A stretch of DNA of 64,000 nt. It comes from Gammaproteobacteria bacterium (lineage in GTDB: Bacteria > Pseudomonadota > Gammaproteobacteria > GCA-001735895). The stretch is from assembly GCA_050295575.1 (NCBI GenBank), contig JBNKPX010000003.1:3064-67063 (forward strand), given 5' to 3'. Positions 37,393 through 47,190 of the stretch are shown here, piece after piece (position 1 is the first letter of the stretch; each line of letters opens with the position of its first letter). A program made the position numbers and the translations under genes. Under the pieces are notes generated by a model that had not been told where the DNA came from, made no database searches, and saw nothing but the letters and a program-made list of their open reading frames with translations.

Positions 37393-38856
37393 TCAGGCTG
37401 GAAATTCAGTTTTTAAAAGTTCATAAAGACGGCGATATTTTGCATGTCGTGTTTTATAGGCAGTGACCATGTTAATATCGGGTTTAATAGTGTTTTTGAT
37501 GGCTGGTGCAGTACAAACCTCGCTCGGATCTTCAGCGCTGACTGACAGACGCGCAAGGCGAGCAGCACCAAAAGCTGGCCCGACCTCTCCACCATAATGG
37601 TAGCAAAGTTCATAATCAAGAACTGATGCTAAAATTTGTCCCCAAAGCTCGCTTCTCTCTCCCCCTCCTATAACGGAGATTACATCAATTTTCGCCCCGG
37701 TTTCGAGTAGGGCATCAAGTCCATCCTTGAATGCATAGGCAACGCCTTCCAGCACTGCTCGGCCCATAGCTGCTCGATCTGTTGAATGTGTCAGCCCAAA
37801 AAAGACGCCCTGTGCATTGGGGTTGTTATGCGGGGTTCTTTCGCCAGAGAGATAGGGCAGGAAATAAAGATCACCAGGCTGATCGCCCGCGGCGCTGATT
37901 TCCTGTATTAAAGCTTGTTCGTTTGCGGCACCTGTGAGTTGAGTGATCCAGCTCAGGCAGCTGGCGGCACTTAGTATCACGCTCATTTGATGCCAGGTAT
38001 TCGGCAGGCAGTGACAGAAGGCATGAACAGCCTGAGAAGGGTTGGGGGAGAATTTTTCATTGGCCAGGAATAATACACCTGATGTTCCTAGCGAAAGGAA
38101 GGCCCGCCCGGGCGTGATGGCACCAATACCGGCAGCACCTGCTGCATTATCACCCGCGCCACCAGCGACGATAGCAGCGCCTGGAACCCCCCAGGCCTTT
38201 GCAATGTCATCGCGTAGTTTACCGGGTGATTCACTACCCTCAACCAGACGCGGCATCTGATCAGGGGTTAAGCGAGTGGCTTTTAATAGCGCTTCAGACC
38301 AGTCACGTTTGGCAACATCCAGCCATAAGGTGCCTGCTGCATCTGACATTTCAGAGACATATTCACCGGTCATACGAAAGCGAATGTAATCCTTGGGTAA
38401 TAGAACCTTTGCTACCCGGGCAAAGATCTCGGGCTCATGTTTAGCTACCCAGAGTAATTTGGGTGCAGTAAATCCAGGCATAGCAATATTGCCGGATATC
38501 TCGCGAGAGCGTGGTTCTGCTTTTTCGATCTCGAGGCATTCTTCAGCCGAGCGTCCGTCATTCCATAGTATGGCCGGGCGCAATACCTGGTCATCAGAGT
38601 CCAGTAAAACAGCGCCATGCATTTGTCCGGAGAGTCCTATTGCCTTAACGGCAGACAACGCAGATGGGTTTTCATTTCTAACAGAGGAAATGGCAGTTTC
38701 AACGCCATTCCACCAATCCTGTGGGTTTTGTTCAGACCACAGGGGGGCAGGGTGCTGAACTGTTAAGGGGGCACTTGCCTGACCAACAATGTTTTGGCTT
38801 TCATCGCACAGGACTACCTTGATCCCGGATGTGCCAATGTCGATACCCAGATACAC
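37393..38856 (-). CDS. xylB: Xylulokinase
   Basis: (V)YLGIDIGTSGIKVVL is an FGGY kinase N-terminus. The GTG at 38856 is preceded by GGGAGAGACACA and gives about 487 aa, like E. coli XylB. The ORF-track ATG at 38982 adds 42 non-homologous residues. Confidence 0.88.
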   Translation of the reverse strand: MYLGIDIGTSGIKVVLCDESQNIVGQASAPLTVQHPAPLWSEQNPQDWWNGVETAISSVRNENPSALSAVKAIGLSGQMHGAVLLDSDDQVLRPAILWNDGRSAEECLEIEKAEPRSREISGNIAMPGFTAPKLLWVAKHEPEIFARVAKVLLPKDYIRFRMTGEYVSEMSDAAGTLWLDVAKRDWSEALLKATRLTPDQMPRLVEGSESPGKLRDDIAKAWGVPGAAIVAGGAGDNAAGAAGIGAITPGRAFLSLGTSGVLFLANEKFSPNPSQAVHAFCHCLPNTWHQMSVILSAASCLSWITQLTGAANEQALIQEISAAGDQPGDLYFLPYLSGERTPHNNPNAQGVFFGLTHSTDRAAMGRAVLEGVAYAFKDGLDALLETGAKIDVISVIGGGERSELWGQILASVLDYELCYHYGGEVGPAFGAARLARLSVSAEDPSEVCTAPAIKNTIKPDINMVTAYKTRHAKYRRLYELLKTEFPA

Positions 38857-38873
38857 TGTGTCTCTCCCAAAAG

Positions 38874-38886
38874 CGTCAAATTGACG
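38874..38886. promoter_or_regulatory. Palindrome CGTCAA-A-TTGACG just upstream of the proposed xylB start (candidate LacI-family operator)
   Basis: Read directly from the sequence. It lies in the xylB / LacI-regulator divergent region. The functional assignment is inference only. Confidence 0.3.
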
Positions 38887-39140
38887 TTTATATTGTTTTA
38901 TGAATAGGCTCATATTGATCAGATTGATGATTTTTGTCAACCATTTCTGCATGGTTAACCCCTCATTAATATGTGATTGCACTGCAGAGCTTATCGATGG
39001 CTATAAATTTATTTAATTAACTCAATAATTTATAGTCAGGGAGCCAAGAATTTTATTTGCGTTGTTATGCTGAGGTGAATGAGGTATATTTTGATGGGTT
39101 TGAGGTGTTTTGTCGATGCGTAAATCATTAGAGTGGAGGC

Positions 39141-40178
39141 TTGTCTGTGTCACGAATAAAAGTTCGTCAAGTTGAAATAGCTGAAGAAGCTGGTGTGAGC
39201 GTCGCTACAGTTGACCGGGTTTTGAATGAGCGTGGTGGTGTCAATGCACGAACAGAGCAGCGAGTCAGGGAAGCAATTAAAAACTTAGAGAGAGGGGGAG
39301 CAGCATCGGATTCTCAGCCCATTGAGTCATTACAGTTTGATTTTATTCTGCCTGCTAATCCCAATATTTTTATTAACCTGCTGGAAGATGCTGCAGCTGG
39401 TGTGAAAAATCATTTACCCCATCATGCTTTTACAACAACATGTCATCGCGTGGAGGGTTTTAATCCGCAAGTCCTTGCGGACTCAATCTATGAAACTGGT
39501 AAAGACTCGGATGGTCTTGTCGTGATGGCCCTGGAAAATCCCGTAGTGCGTGAAGCGGTGAATGCTGTTGCAGACTCGGGTACGCCTGTTGTGACGATTG
39601 TCAGCAACTTATCCACACAAAAGAAAATCGGTTATGCCGGGCTGAACAATCGTGCTGCAGGACGCACTGCGGGTTACCTGATGAATCGACTGGTAGCAGC
39701 AAGGGCGGGTAAGCTGGCTGTTTTTGAAGGCAGCTTACAGTTAAGTTATCGCGACCATCAGGAGCGAGAGGTTGGCTTTAAGGATGCCTTGCGTGAATAT
39801 GCGCCAGAGATGGAGATAGTCGGGCGTTGGGCGACGCAGGATAATTTTGAAGAAGCTTATCGGCAGACGAAGATACTGCTATCCGAACAACCCGATCTAT
39901 TAGGTATTTATAGTATAGGCGGTGGCGTGCGCGGAATTGCTCGAGCCATTAAAGAAGAGGGCTGGTCTGAAAAAGTAGTCCTTATCGGGCATGACCTCAC
40001 CCGCTATACCCGAGAATTTCTTATCGATGGAACACTGGATGTTGTTATTAATCAGGACCCGTTTAAAGAGGTTTTGATGGCCTGCCAGCTTTTGTTGAAT
40101 CATCACAGCTCGAACACTGTTTTACTACAGCCCGATCATATTCCAATAGAAATATTCTTTCGCGAAAACCTTTCCTGA
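39141..40178 (+). CDS. LacI-family transcriptional regulator (probable xylose operon repressor by context)
   Basis: HTH motif VRQVEIAEEAGVSVATVDRVLN followed by a periplasmic-binding-protein-like sugar-binding domain. TTG start; GTG at 39147 is an alternative. Confidence 0.8.
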   Translation: MSVSRIKVRQVEIAEEAGVSVATVDRVLNERGGVNARTEQRVREAIKNLERGGAASDSQPIESLQFDFILPANPNIFINLLEDAAAGVKNHLPHHAFTTTCHRVEGFNPQVLADSIYETGKDSDGLVVMALENPVVREAVNAVADSGTPVVTIVSNLSTQKKIGYAGLNNRAAGRTAGYLMNRLVAARAGKLAVFEGSLQLSYRDHQEREVGFKDALREYAPEMEIVGRWATQDNFEEAYRQTKILLSEQPDLLGIYSIGGGVRGIARAIKEEGWSEKVVLIGHDLTRYTREFLIDGTLDVVINQDPFKEVLMACQLLLNHHSSNTVLLQPDHIPIEIFFRENLS

Positions 40179-40214
40179 TTTTATTAAGGGGCCTCTGAGA
40201 AATTTAGAGTTTCC

Positions 40215-41150
40215 TTAAGTGTCCAGTTGCTCCCAGTTATTTTGCTGGATCAGGTGTTGAATTAAATCGACGTATTCCTCACCTTTTGATGAATACTTAT
40301 TCAGCCCCTGTGCCAGGGCTGTGCCGGTGATGGGTGACTCATTATTACGTAACATCTGTCTGATGTTGCGCATTTTGCGGTAAGCTCGGTGGCTATTTAA
40401 GGTCAGCATGTAATATTGAATGGAGTCGCCCACGTGTTCAAACTTACGTACCAGATGTTTTTTATCTTCATCTCGCTGCTTCGGTTTAAGCCCCTTGGTC
40501 TTATCGAAGGTCCAGATACCAAATAGATTATTGGCTTCAACACTAAAGCGTGACCGGCCCCAGGCCGATTCATTGGCTGCCTGGGCCAGTGCCAGCGACA
40601 CGGGAATGACGTCTACCTTTTTCAGTAATTCAACCCTGGATGCTACCTCTGATAATGGATCGCCCTTGACCCTGTATTTTTTTGCCAGCGATTCCAGCCA
40701 CTGCTGGTCCCGGGGTTTGAGCTGATACCCTCTGTCTAACAGGATAAAGGTATTCAGAATCCGGTAACGTAATTTAACCAGACGTTTGTTTTCCTGTTGA
40801 ATAATAGGTAGTAGTTGCTGAACGAACCGGGCTTTACGAGTCTGAATATCTGGAGTGGATTTTTTAGACTTTTGTGCACTTTCTGATTCAGGCCTGACTG
40901 GCAGATTTTGTTGTGCCGGGTTCTGGTAGGGGGAAGGATAATAATAGTTAGATGGAGCCGAATAGGGTTGAATATAACCTGTGTAAGGGCTGTATTGTGG
41001 TGCCATCTGTTTTTGATAGGGATAAGCTTGATAATGGGAATAGTTCCAGTCGGGCCTCCAGCTTTGAGCCTGCAAGTTAGCGCTGCTAAGCAGGCTGATT
41101 AAGCAGCTTAGCTGGATGATGATGTTAAAGGTTTTCCTGCATTCTGACAT
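40215..41150 (-). CDS. bax: Bax-like glucosaminidase-domain protein (secreted) with a Tyr/Pro/Gln-rich N-terminal region
   Basis: LALAQAANESAWGRSRFSVEANNLFGIW is the mannosyl-glycoprotein endo-beta-N-acetylglucosaminidase motif, as in E. coli Bax. A signal peptide is present. Confidence 0.7.
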   Translation of the reverse strand: MSECRKTFNIIIQLSCLISLLSSANLQAQSWRPDWNYSHYQAYPYQKQMAPQYSPYTGYIQPYSAPSNYYYPSPYQNPAQQNLPVRPESESAQKSKKSTPDIQTRKARFVQQLLPIIQQENKRLVKLRYRILNTFILLDRGYQLKPRDQQWLESLAKKYRVKGDPLSEVASRVELLKKVDVIPVSLALAQAANESAWGRSRFSVEANNLFGIWTFDKTKGLKPKQRDEDKKHLVRKFEHVGDSIQYYMLTLNSHRAYRKMRNIRQMLRNNESPITGTALAQGLNKYSSKGEEYVDLIQHLIQQNNWEQLDT

Positions 41151-41177
41151 AGGCTTATTCTTATTCGATGTTGAAAT

Positions 41178-42278
41178 TTAAAGTTCGTGATACCAGCTAC
41201 CGTCTGCATTTGGCACAATCCAGTTATGACTATACCAGTGGAAGCGACCTTTTTGCCTGGAGGGCATGGTGCAATTCGTTCGATGTCTTCCGGGTTTTAA
41301 GTCAAACAAAGGGGTAACTTCAATAGTATCTTCTAGCTCGCTCGACCAGTTCATGGCAACCTGGTCACTGCCGCTGATATAGCAGCGTAGATTTGATTTA
41401 GAATAGCTTCCATGGGCCAGAGTTAGGGTTAGCGTTGGTCTGCTGTTACCCGCTGCTGTTACTGGGTCCACAGGTACAGCTCGAGCTACAGGTAGTGGCA
41501 GAGTGCTTACCTTGGTAATAAAACCATCCAGATCGGCGAATCTATCAGCCATCGGAAAACGCGGTAATGCGGAGAAATTAGCATCTGCCCAGGCAGGCCC
41601 CGATTGCTGGCCAAAGCCTGTCAGACCCAGCTCAGCAATCAACTGCCCCAGTTTTGTGTTGTACTCACCATAGGGCCAGGCAAACAGCTCAGGAGCAATA
41701 CCTATATGTTCAGTAATCTGTTGTTGTGCAGTTGATATATCTGAGCGTATACGTGCTAACCATTGCTGTTCTGATTCATCTGATTTGCGTCGAACCATAT
41801 GGGTATGGCTTTTTCCATGATTTTCAATGCTGACGCCATGTTGGGCCATTTCACGCAACTGTTGCCAGCTCATATACAGTGTCGATTTATCAGCTACATG
41901 GTCGCTAGAGACGAATACAGTTAATGGCCACTGATGCTTTTTAATCAGGGGGTAAGCGGTTTGGTATACCGAAAGATAAGCATCATCCACGCTCAGGCTG
42001 ACGCATTTATCTGGTAATTCCAGTTGGTGGTGTAGCGACAGGGCTACGTCGCGTAAAGCCATTATGGTGAACCCATTTTCAGCCAGATAGTTCAGTTGAT
42101 CGACAAACTGTGTTTCTTTTATGCTGGTACTACGCGGGGTTGTTTCACTGAAATGATGGTATTGCAGAATGACACAGTGATTAGCGCTCATGGCTAACAC
42201 AGGCGTCAGGCTTAGCATGATCAATAGCAGATGGCGCATCATTAATGGATCACTTGTAGTAAGGTTGTTGTTGTTCAT
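41178..42278 (-). CDS. Polysaccharide deacetylase (CE4 / NodB-homology, PgaB-N-like) family protein, secreted
   Basis: Signal peptide, VILQYHHFS, a DD pair in SLSVDDAYLS and the His motif ENHGKSHTH. A ~100-aa C-terminal domain of unknown type follows. Confidence 0.65.
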   Translation of the reverse strand: MNNNNLTTSDPLMMRHLLLIMLSLTPVLAMSANHCVILQYHHFSETTPRSTSIKETQFVDQLNYLAENGFTIMALRDVALSLHHQLELPDKCVSLSVDDAYLSVYQTAYPLIKKHQWPLTVFVSSDHVADKSTLYMSWQQLREMAQHGVSIENHGKSHTHMVRRKSDESEQQWLARIRSDISTAQQQITEHIGIAPELFAWPYGEYNTKLGQLIAELGLTGFGQQSGPAWADANFSALPRFPMADRFADLDGFITKVSTLPLPVARAVPVDPVTAAGNSRPTLTLTLAHGSYSKSNLRCYISGSDQVAMNWSSELEDTIEVTPLFDLKPGRHRTNCTMPSRQKGRFHWYSHNWIVPNADGSWYHEL

Positions 42279-42312
42279 GCTATGTTAAATTATTAACCGT
42301 CCAGTAACAATT

Positions 42313-43143
42313 ATGCGGAATGAAATGACTCAGGTTTTACTTTGCGATAATGGTTCCAGGCAGCCTGCAGCTACCCTGGTGTTGCGTGAGATAGCACAAC
42401 AACTTAGTGTAGTGGCAAAGCTGCCAGTGGCGGCGGTATCGCTGCAACACTCGGACAGTATTGATGCCAGTTTATTGAATGGGTTGGCTGCACAAACCTT
42501 GCTGGGATATTTATCCCGGCAAATACAGCAGGGTGAACGCGACTTTATTATTCTGCCGCTGTTTTTTGGCAAAAGCCGTGCTTTAAGCTCATTTATTCCA
42601 CAACAGATAAACAGTTTGCAGCAACAGTATGGTGATTTTACGCTTCGGGTTGCAGAGGTGCTCTACCCGATGCCTGATGGGGATCCTGCGCTGGTACAGA
42701 TACTGTATGACAATATTCAGCAATGCCGGCTACAAAACTTGGCTGCGGTAAAACAGGTAGTGATAGTCGATCATGGATCACCAGTGCCTACCGTGACCGA
42801 TGTGAGAAAGTCTATTGCGAGTCAGCTGGTCCAGTTACTTGATGATGATATTTCTCTATCGCAGGCAGTAATGGAAAGACGGCCGGGTAAAGAATATGAC
42901 TTTAATGGTGATTTACTGGAAGACTGTTTATTAGACATGGCTGAGCAAGGTATGAGCGGGGCTATGGTCAGTATGATGTTTTTATTGCCGGGTCGACATG
43001 CCGGGGAAAATGGTGACGTGAATGAAATCTGTGCTCGTGTCATGCAGCGCTACCCAGATTTCAGGGTCTGGATTTCACCGCTAATCTCCGAGCATCCCTT
43101 GCTGATCGATATCCTCAGTAGAAGGTTGCAAAATATTTCATAA
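42313..43143 (+). CDS. CbiX/SirB-type chelatase-like protein (double domain)
   Basis: VLLCDNGSRQPAA... in the first half and VVIVDHGSPVP... in the second half resemble duplicated CbiX modules. Confidence 0.55.
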   Translation: MRNEMTQVLLCDNGSRQPAATLVLREIAQQLSVVAKLPVAAVSLQHSDSIDASLLNGLAAQTLLGYLSRQIQQGERDFIILPLFFGKSRALSSFIPQQINSLQQQYGDFTLRVAEVLYPMPDGDPALVQILYDNIQQCRLQNLAAVKQVVIVDHGSPVPTVTDVRKSIASQLVQLLDDDISLSQAVMERRPGKEYDFNGDLLEDCLLDMAEQGMSGAMVSMMFLLPGRHAGENGDVNEICARVMQRYPDFRVWISPLISEHPLLIDILSRRLQNIS

Positions 43144-43220
43144 ATTCAGATTCAGGCTTGCAAGCTATCCTGTTTTGTAACAGGATCCTCTCTCCAGTGA
43201 GGGTACCAGGGAGACACCAT

Positions 43221-45326
43221 ATGCAAAGTCGATTATCAATTTTTATAGCGCTATTGATGGCGTTACTGCTGACAGCTTGCAGTCAGGATTCTGAAACTGC
43301 TAATCCTGTTCAACAAACAGCGCTTCCCCAGTCTAAGGTTGCCCTGCGCACAGTCACAGGCTGTGACGACCTCAAACAACAGTTTGTCGACAATTGGGTA
43401 GAGAGCCTGCTGGCTGGTTATCGCTATCAGGGTTTTGTTGATGACATTGCTCTAGCCTCTGCAACTGAGGCAGGTGCTACAGTTGCAGTGAATACAGCAA
43501 GTGATGCAGCTCCAGATAATGTCAGTCAGACTAATACTCAGGAAGCGGGTGTTGATGAGGCTGATACTGTCAAAACCGACTCTCAGGGAAATCTATATAT
43601 TGCCCAGCATGATAAGCTGGTGATTGCAGATGCTTTCCCACCGCAGTCTATGAATATCCTGAGCACTCTGGAGCTTGGGGGCAGGGCTTCCGGGCTGTAT
43701 CTGGCAGAAGATCAAAACACAGTGGCGGTGCTTGTTTCTCCTAAGGTGCTACCAGCTGATCCTGTTATTACAGTAGGGGAAGAGCTGGCGATTGCACCCT
43801 ATATAAGATATATACCTCAGACTGATTTGCTGCTTGTCGACATCAGTAACCCCGCTCTGCCAGCGATATCCAAACGCATCCGTCTCGATGGAAACCTCAT
43901 CAGTAGTCGACTGATAAGCAATCGCTTGCATCTGATACAGGGGTATTATCTGGCTGGGTATAATTTGCCCGATGATGATCAGATACCGGCATTGCTGACG
44001 CAATACCGTGATGCGTTTTTAAAAGATGATACAAGTCAGATGGACCTTATCCGACAGCAGGTCCGGCAACTGGTTGAATCTAGCCTTGACTTCAATTCGG
44101 TAGCCAGCCTGCTACCTAAAGTCACGATATCAGGCCCGCAGTTAGATAGCCAAACTCAGGCACTGGACTGTTCAGATGTATACCGGCCAGATGTTGATTT
44201 AACTCAGAACCACCTGCTAACGCTTACCAGTATGGATATCAATGGGGATAACCTGAAGCAGGTTGCAGCGCTGGGTAGTGGATGGATTACCTATACCAGC
44301 CAGCAGGACCTGTTTATTGTCCAGCCAGGTAACCACTGGTGGTTTGACCGAAATCAACAGCAGCAATCAGCCATACACCATTTTTCTATTAGTGATCAAA
44401 AGCCAGAGTATGTGTCCACGGGTATGGTAAAAGGCTATCCACAGAACTCATTTAACCTGAGTTATTACCGGAATTATCTACGCATAGCCACGACACAGAA
44501 CCTGTGGAACCTGAATGATCGTAGCGATATTAGAAGCACCAATCACCTCTATGTGCTGGAAGATACTGCACAACAGGGTATGGATATTGTTTCATCAGTA
44601 GAAAATTTTGCAGACAACGAACGCATATATTCAGCACGGTTTGTGGGTGATCGGGGCTACGTCGTGACATTTCGGCAGATTGATCCCTTATTTAGTTTTG
44701 ATCTATCTGATCCACTGCAACCCTATATTGCAGGTGAGCTGAAAATTCCTGGCTTTAGTTCCTATATGCACCCTGTAGGTGATACGCATTTACTGACGAT
44801 TGGGCGCGATGGTAGTGAGACTGGCAGCACTAATCAGATTGCGATTAAACTATTTGATGTCAGTGATCTGGCCGCCCCCGTACTGATTGATAGTTATTCC
44901 CCAGATATGAAAAGCGGATATAGCTGGAGTCAGGCTAACTGGGATCCTCATGCCTTTACCTACTATGAGCCCTTGCAAATGCTGGTTGTACCAATTGCCA
45001 GCTATGACAATGCTGGTGATTATTATATGGGTATGCTCGCACTGGATATAGACTTACAACAGGGATTAAGTCTGGTGGGAAAGGTAGATCATAATGATCT
45101 GTTACAGCAAGCCAGCTGTCAGATTACTGAAGACTATTGCAATGCCTATTACTATGGCTGGTTAGCACGACCAACTCGGAGTGTCTTTATGAGTAGTGGC
45201 AGTGATAGCTATTTGTTTTCACTTTCCAATATTGGTGTTAAAGCCGTTGATGTTAATGATTTTGAAACCACTGCGGGAAGTTTGCTGTTGCCTTCTGCCG
45301 AACCTTTTTATAGTTATTACTATTAA
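43221..45326 (+). CDS. Beta-propeller domain-containing lipoprotein (Beta_propel family, function unknown)
   Basis: The ATG at 43221 is preceded by GGGAGA. Lipobox LLLTAC. The motifs TNTQEAGVDEADTVKTD and RFVGDRGYVVTFRQIDPLFSFDLSDPLQPYIAGELKIPGFSSYMHP match the Beta_propel family pattern I recall. Confidence 0.6.
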   Translation: MQSRLSIFIALLMALLLTACSQDSETANPVQQTALPQSKVALRTVTGCDDLKQQFVDNWVESLLAGYRYQGFVDDIALASATEAGATVAVNTASDAAPDNVSQTNTQEAGVDEADTVKTDSQGNLYIAQHDKLVIADAFPPQSMNILSTLELGGRASGLYLAEDQNTVAVLVSPKVLPADPVITVGEELAIAPYIRYIPQTDLLLVDISNPALPAISKRIRLDGNLISSRLISNRLHLIQGYYLAGYNLPDDDQIPALLTQYRDAFLKDDTSQMDLIRQQVRQLVESSLDFNSVASLLPKVTISGPQLDSQTQALDCSDVYRPDVDLTQNHLLTLTSMDINGDNLKQVAALGSGWITYTSQQDLFIVQPGNHWWFDRNQQQQSAIHHFSISDQKPEYVSTGMVKGYPQNSFNLSYYRNYLRIATTQNLWNLNDRSDIRSTNHLYVLEDTAQQGMDIVSSVENFADNERIYSARFVGDRGYVVTFRQIDPLFSFDLSDPLQPYIAGELKIPGFSSYMHPVGDTHLLTIGRDGSETGSTNQIAIKLFDVSDLAAPVLIDSYSPDMKSGYSWSQANWDPHAFTYYEPLQMLVVPIASYDNAGDYYMGMLALDIDLQQGLSLVGKVDHNDLLQQASCQITEDYCNAYYYGWLARPTRSVFMSSGSDSYLFSLSNIGVKAVDVNDFETTAGSLLLPSAEPFYSYYY

Positions 45327-45435
45327 AGCAGCTCTGATTAATTATCGAGGCGTTAATAATCTATTAGATCTGAAGATATGTTTGAGCTTTGATAGCATTT
45401 GCTTAAGCAAATACCGTGTTGCTAACAGGTGAAAA

Positions 45436-46299
45436 ATGAAACAGGTGATTCATGTAGCCGTTTGTTCAATATTTGTATTTTCTTTTTCATTAACGGGTTG
45501 TAGTGCTGGCAGTTCGGTAGAGAATGAGGCAGGGCAAAGCATTGATCCTGATAATCCACCCGTGACTTCAGGGAGCTGGTATAAGCCTCCAGTGTCGGCA
45601 AGCTGGCAATGGCAGTTAAGTGGAACAATAAATACTGCTTACGATGTCGACATATACGATATTGATCTGTTTGACTCAACAGCGGCTTTAATCCAGAAGC
45701 TTCAGGCATCAGGTAAAAAGGTGGTTTGCTATTTTTCCGCAGGCTCCTATGAAAACTGGCGATCTGATGAGGCCAGTTTCAACTCAGGTGATTTAGGGAA
45801 TAACCTCGATGGATGGCCAGGTGAACGTTGGCTGGATATACGGTCAGACAATGTTCACACAATCATGAAGAGTCGTCTGGATTTGGCGCTGCAAAAAGGC
45901 TGTGATGGGGTTGAGCCTGACAATATGGATGGTTATAGCAATAACCCTGGTTTTGATTTCAGCGCTACGGATCAACTTGCCTACAATCGACTCATTGCAA
46001 ACGAAGCGCATAGCAGAGGATTGTCGGTAGGGTTAAAAAATGACCTTGATCAAATTAATGGTCTTGCCGCGTATTTTGACTTTGCCGTGAATGAGCAGTG
46101 TTTTGAGTATTCCGAATGCGCAGCGCTTGCGCCTTTTATTGATGCTGGCAAAGCAGTACTAAATGCTGAATATAAACAGGCATATATTACTGATGCAAAT
46201 GCAAGGGATGCGTTGTGTAATGAATCTATGAGTCTACAATTCAGTACGTTGGTTTTACCGCTCGATCTGGATGATGGATTTCGCTATAGCTGCCTGTGA
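45436..46299 (+). CDS. Glycoside hydrolase family 114 (endo-alpha-1,4-polygalactosaminidase-like) lipoprotein
   Basis: Lipobox SLTGC. WQWQLSG...DIYDIDLFD...VCYFSAGSYENWRSD...WPGERWLDIR...GCDGVEPDNMDGY...GLKND...FAVNEQCFEYSEC follows the GH114 pattern throughout. Confidence 0.8.
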   Translation: MKQVIHVAVCSIFVFSFSLTGCSAGSSVENEAGQSIDPDNPPVTSGSWYKPPVSASWQWQLSGTINTAYDVDIYDIDLFDSTAALIQKLQASGKKVVCYFSAGSYENWRSDEASFNSGDLGNNLDGWPGERWLDIRSDNVHTIMKSRLDLALQKGCDGVEPDNMDGYSNNPGFDFSATDQLAYNRLIANEAHSRGLSVGLKNDLDQINGLAAYFDFAVNEQCFEYSECAALAPFIDAGKAVLNAEYKQAYITDANARDALCNESMSLQFSTLVLPLDLDDGFRYSCL

Positions 46300-46421
46300 T
46301 AATAGCCCTTGCGGGGCAGTCTAAAACCTCCTGTATTCTGCGTTGACCTGTAGTTAAAATTACCGTAGTCTCAATGCATCAATCTATTCTAAAGAAGTTT
46401 ATGAGGGAAGAATTATTCGTT

Positions 46422-47036
46422 ATGGATACACCATTATTTCATTCACCAAAATCTCCGTTCATTAGACAGCTCCTGTCGCGAAAATCAGCGAAATTATTTG
46501 TCTCTCTTTCAATCCTGTCTATTGGTTTGATACTGGTCACCCCGTTGCATGCTGGTGAAGGTTATTATTTGCTTGCTGGCATGGGGGAAAGTAAAGCCAA
46601 GGTCAAGTCGAAGTATCTGCTGAGCGGCAGTGATGATAGCTATGAGAATCTAGACTTCCAGTTATCACTGGGTTATCAATTTAACAACAATGTACTAATA
46701 GAATTTAGCAGCATTTCCCATGATTCATTTCTTGATGTTGTATTTTCTGATTCTGCTGCCAGTGTCTATGAGAATATTGCATTGGTCGGGTATCGATACG
46801 ATATTAGTGAGAAGTTCAGTGTAACTCCACGCCTGGGCTATTCAAGCTGGAAGATCGAGTCTTCAGATGGATTACTATTCAATTCAGGCTCAGGAGCAAC
46901 AACATCCAGAAAAGGCAGTGATATAACCTTTATGCTTTCAGCCTCATATAGCCTCTTTTATATGACACTGCAGTCAGGGGCGTATGAGTTTGGCTCGCTG
47001 AATTCAATACTTATTGGGATGGAATTTAAGCTATAA
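46422..47036 (+). CDS. Putative outer-membrane beta-barrel protein
   Basis: Signal-like segment LFVSLSILSIGLILVTPLHA, alternating amphipathic strands and a C-terminal ...LIGMEFKL. Start chosen at the ATG at 46422; the ORF track gives 46374. Confidence 0.4.
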   Translation: MDTPLFHSPKSPFIRQLLSRKSAKLFVSLSILSIGLILVTPLHAGEGYYLLAGMGESKAKVKSKYLLSGSDDSYENLDFQLSLGYQFNNNVLIEFSSISHDSFLDVVFSDSAASVYENIALVGYRYDISEKFSVTPRLGYSSWKIESSDGLLFNSGSGATTSRKGSDITFMLSASYSLFYMTLQSGAYEFGSLNSILIGMEFKL

Positions 47037-47190
47037 AAACAAGTCATGCTCTAAGCTGCAGATTTCAAAGATGACAAAAGGCCGGGATGACGAGAAAATC
47101 AACAGCAACATAGCTTTATCCTGCTTAAATCCCTGCAAGGCGAACTCTTTTTAGTTAAGCATAAATAGCAGCCAGCAAGGTTAATAATTT

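Noticed and set aside
38857-38982. 42-codon N-terminal extension of xylB given by the ORF track (MQSHINEGLTMQKWLTKIINLINMSLFIKQYKRQFDAFGRDT)
   Set aside because: FGGY kinases begin right at the (M)YxGIDxGTSG motif. A GTG with a good Shine-Dalgarno sequence sits exactly there (38856), and the extension has no homology that I recognise.
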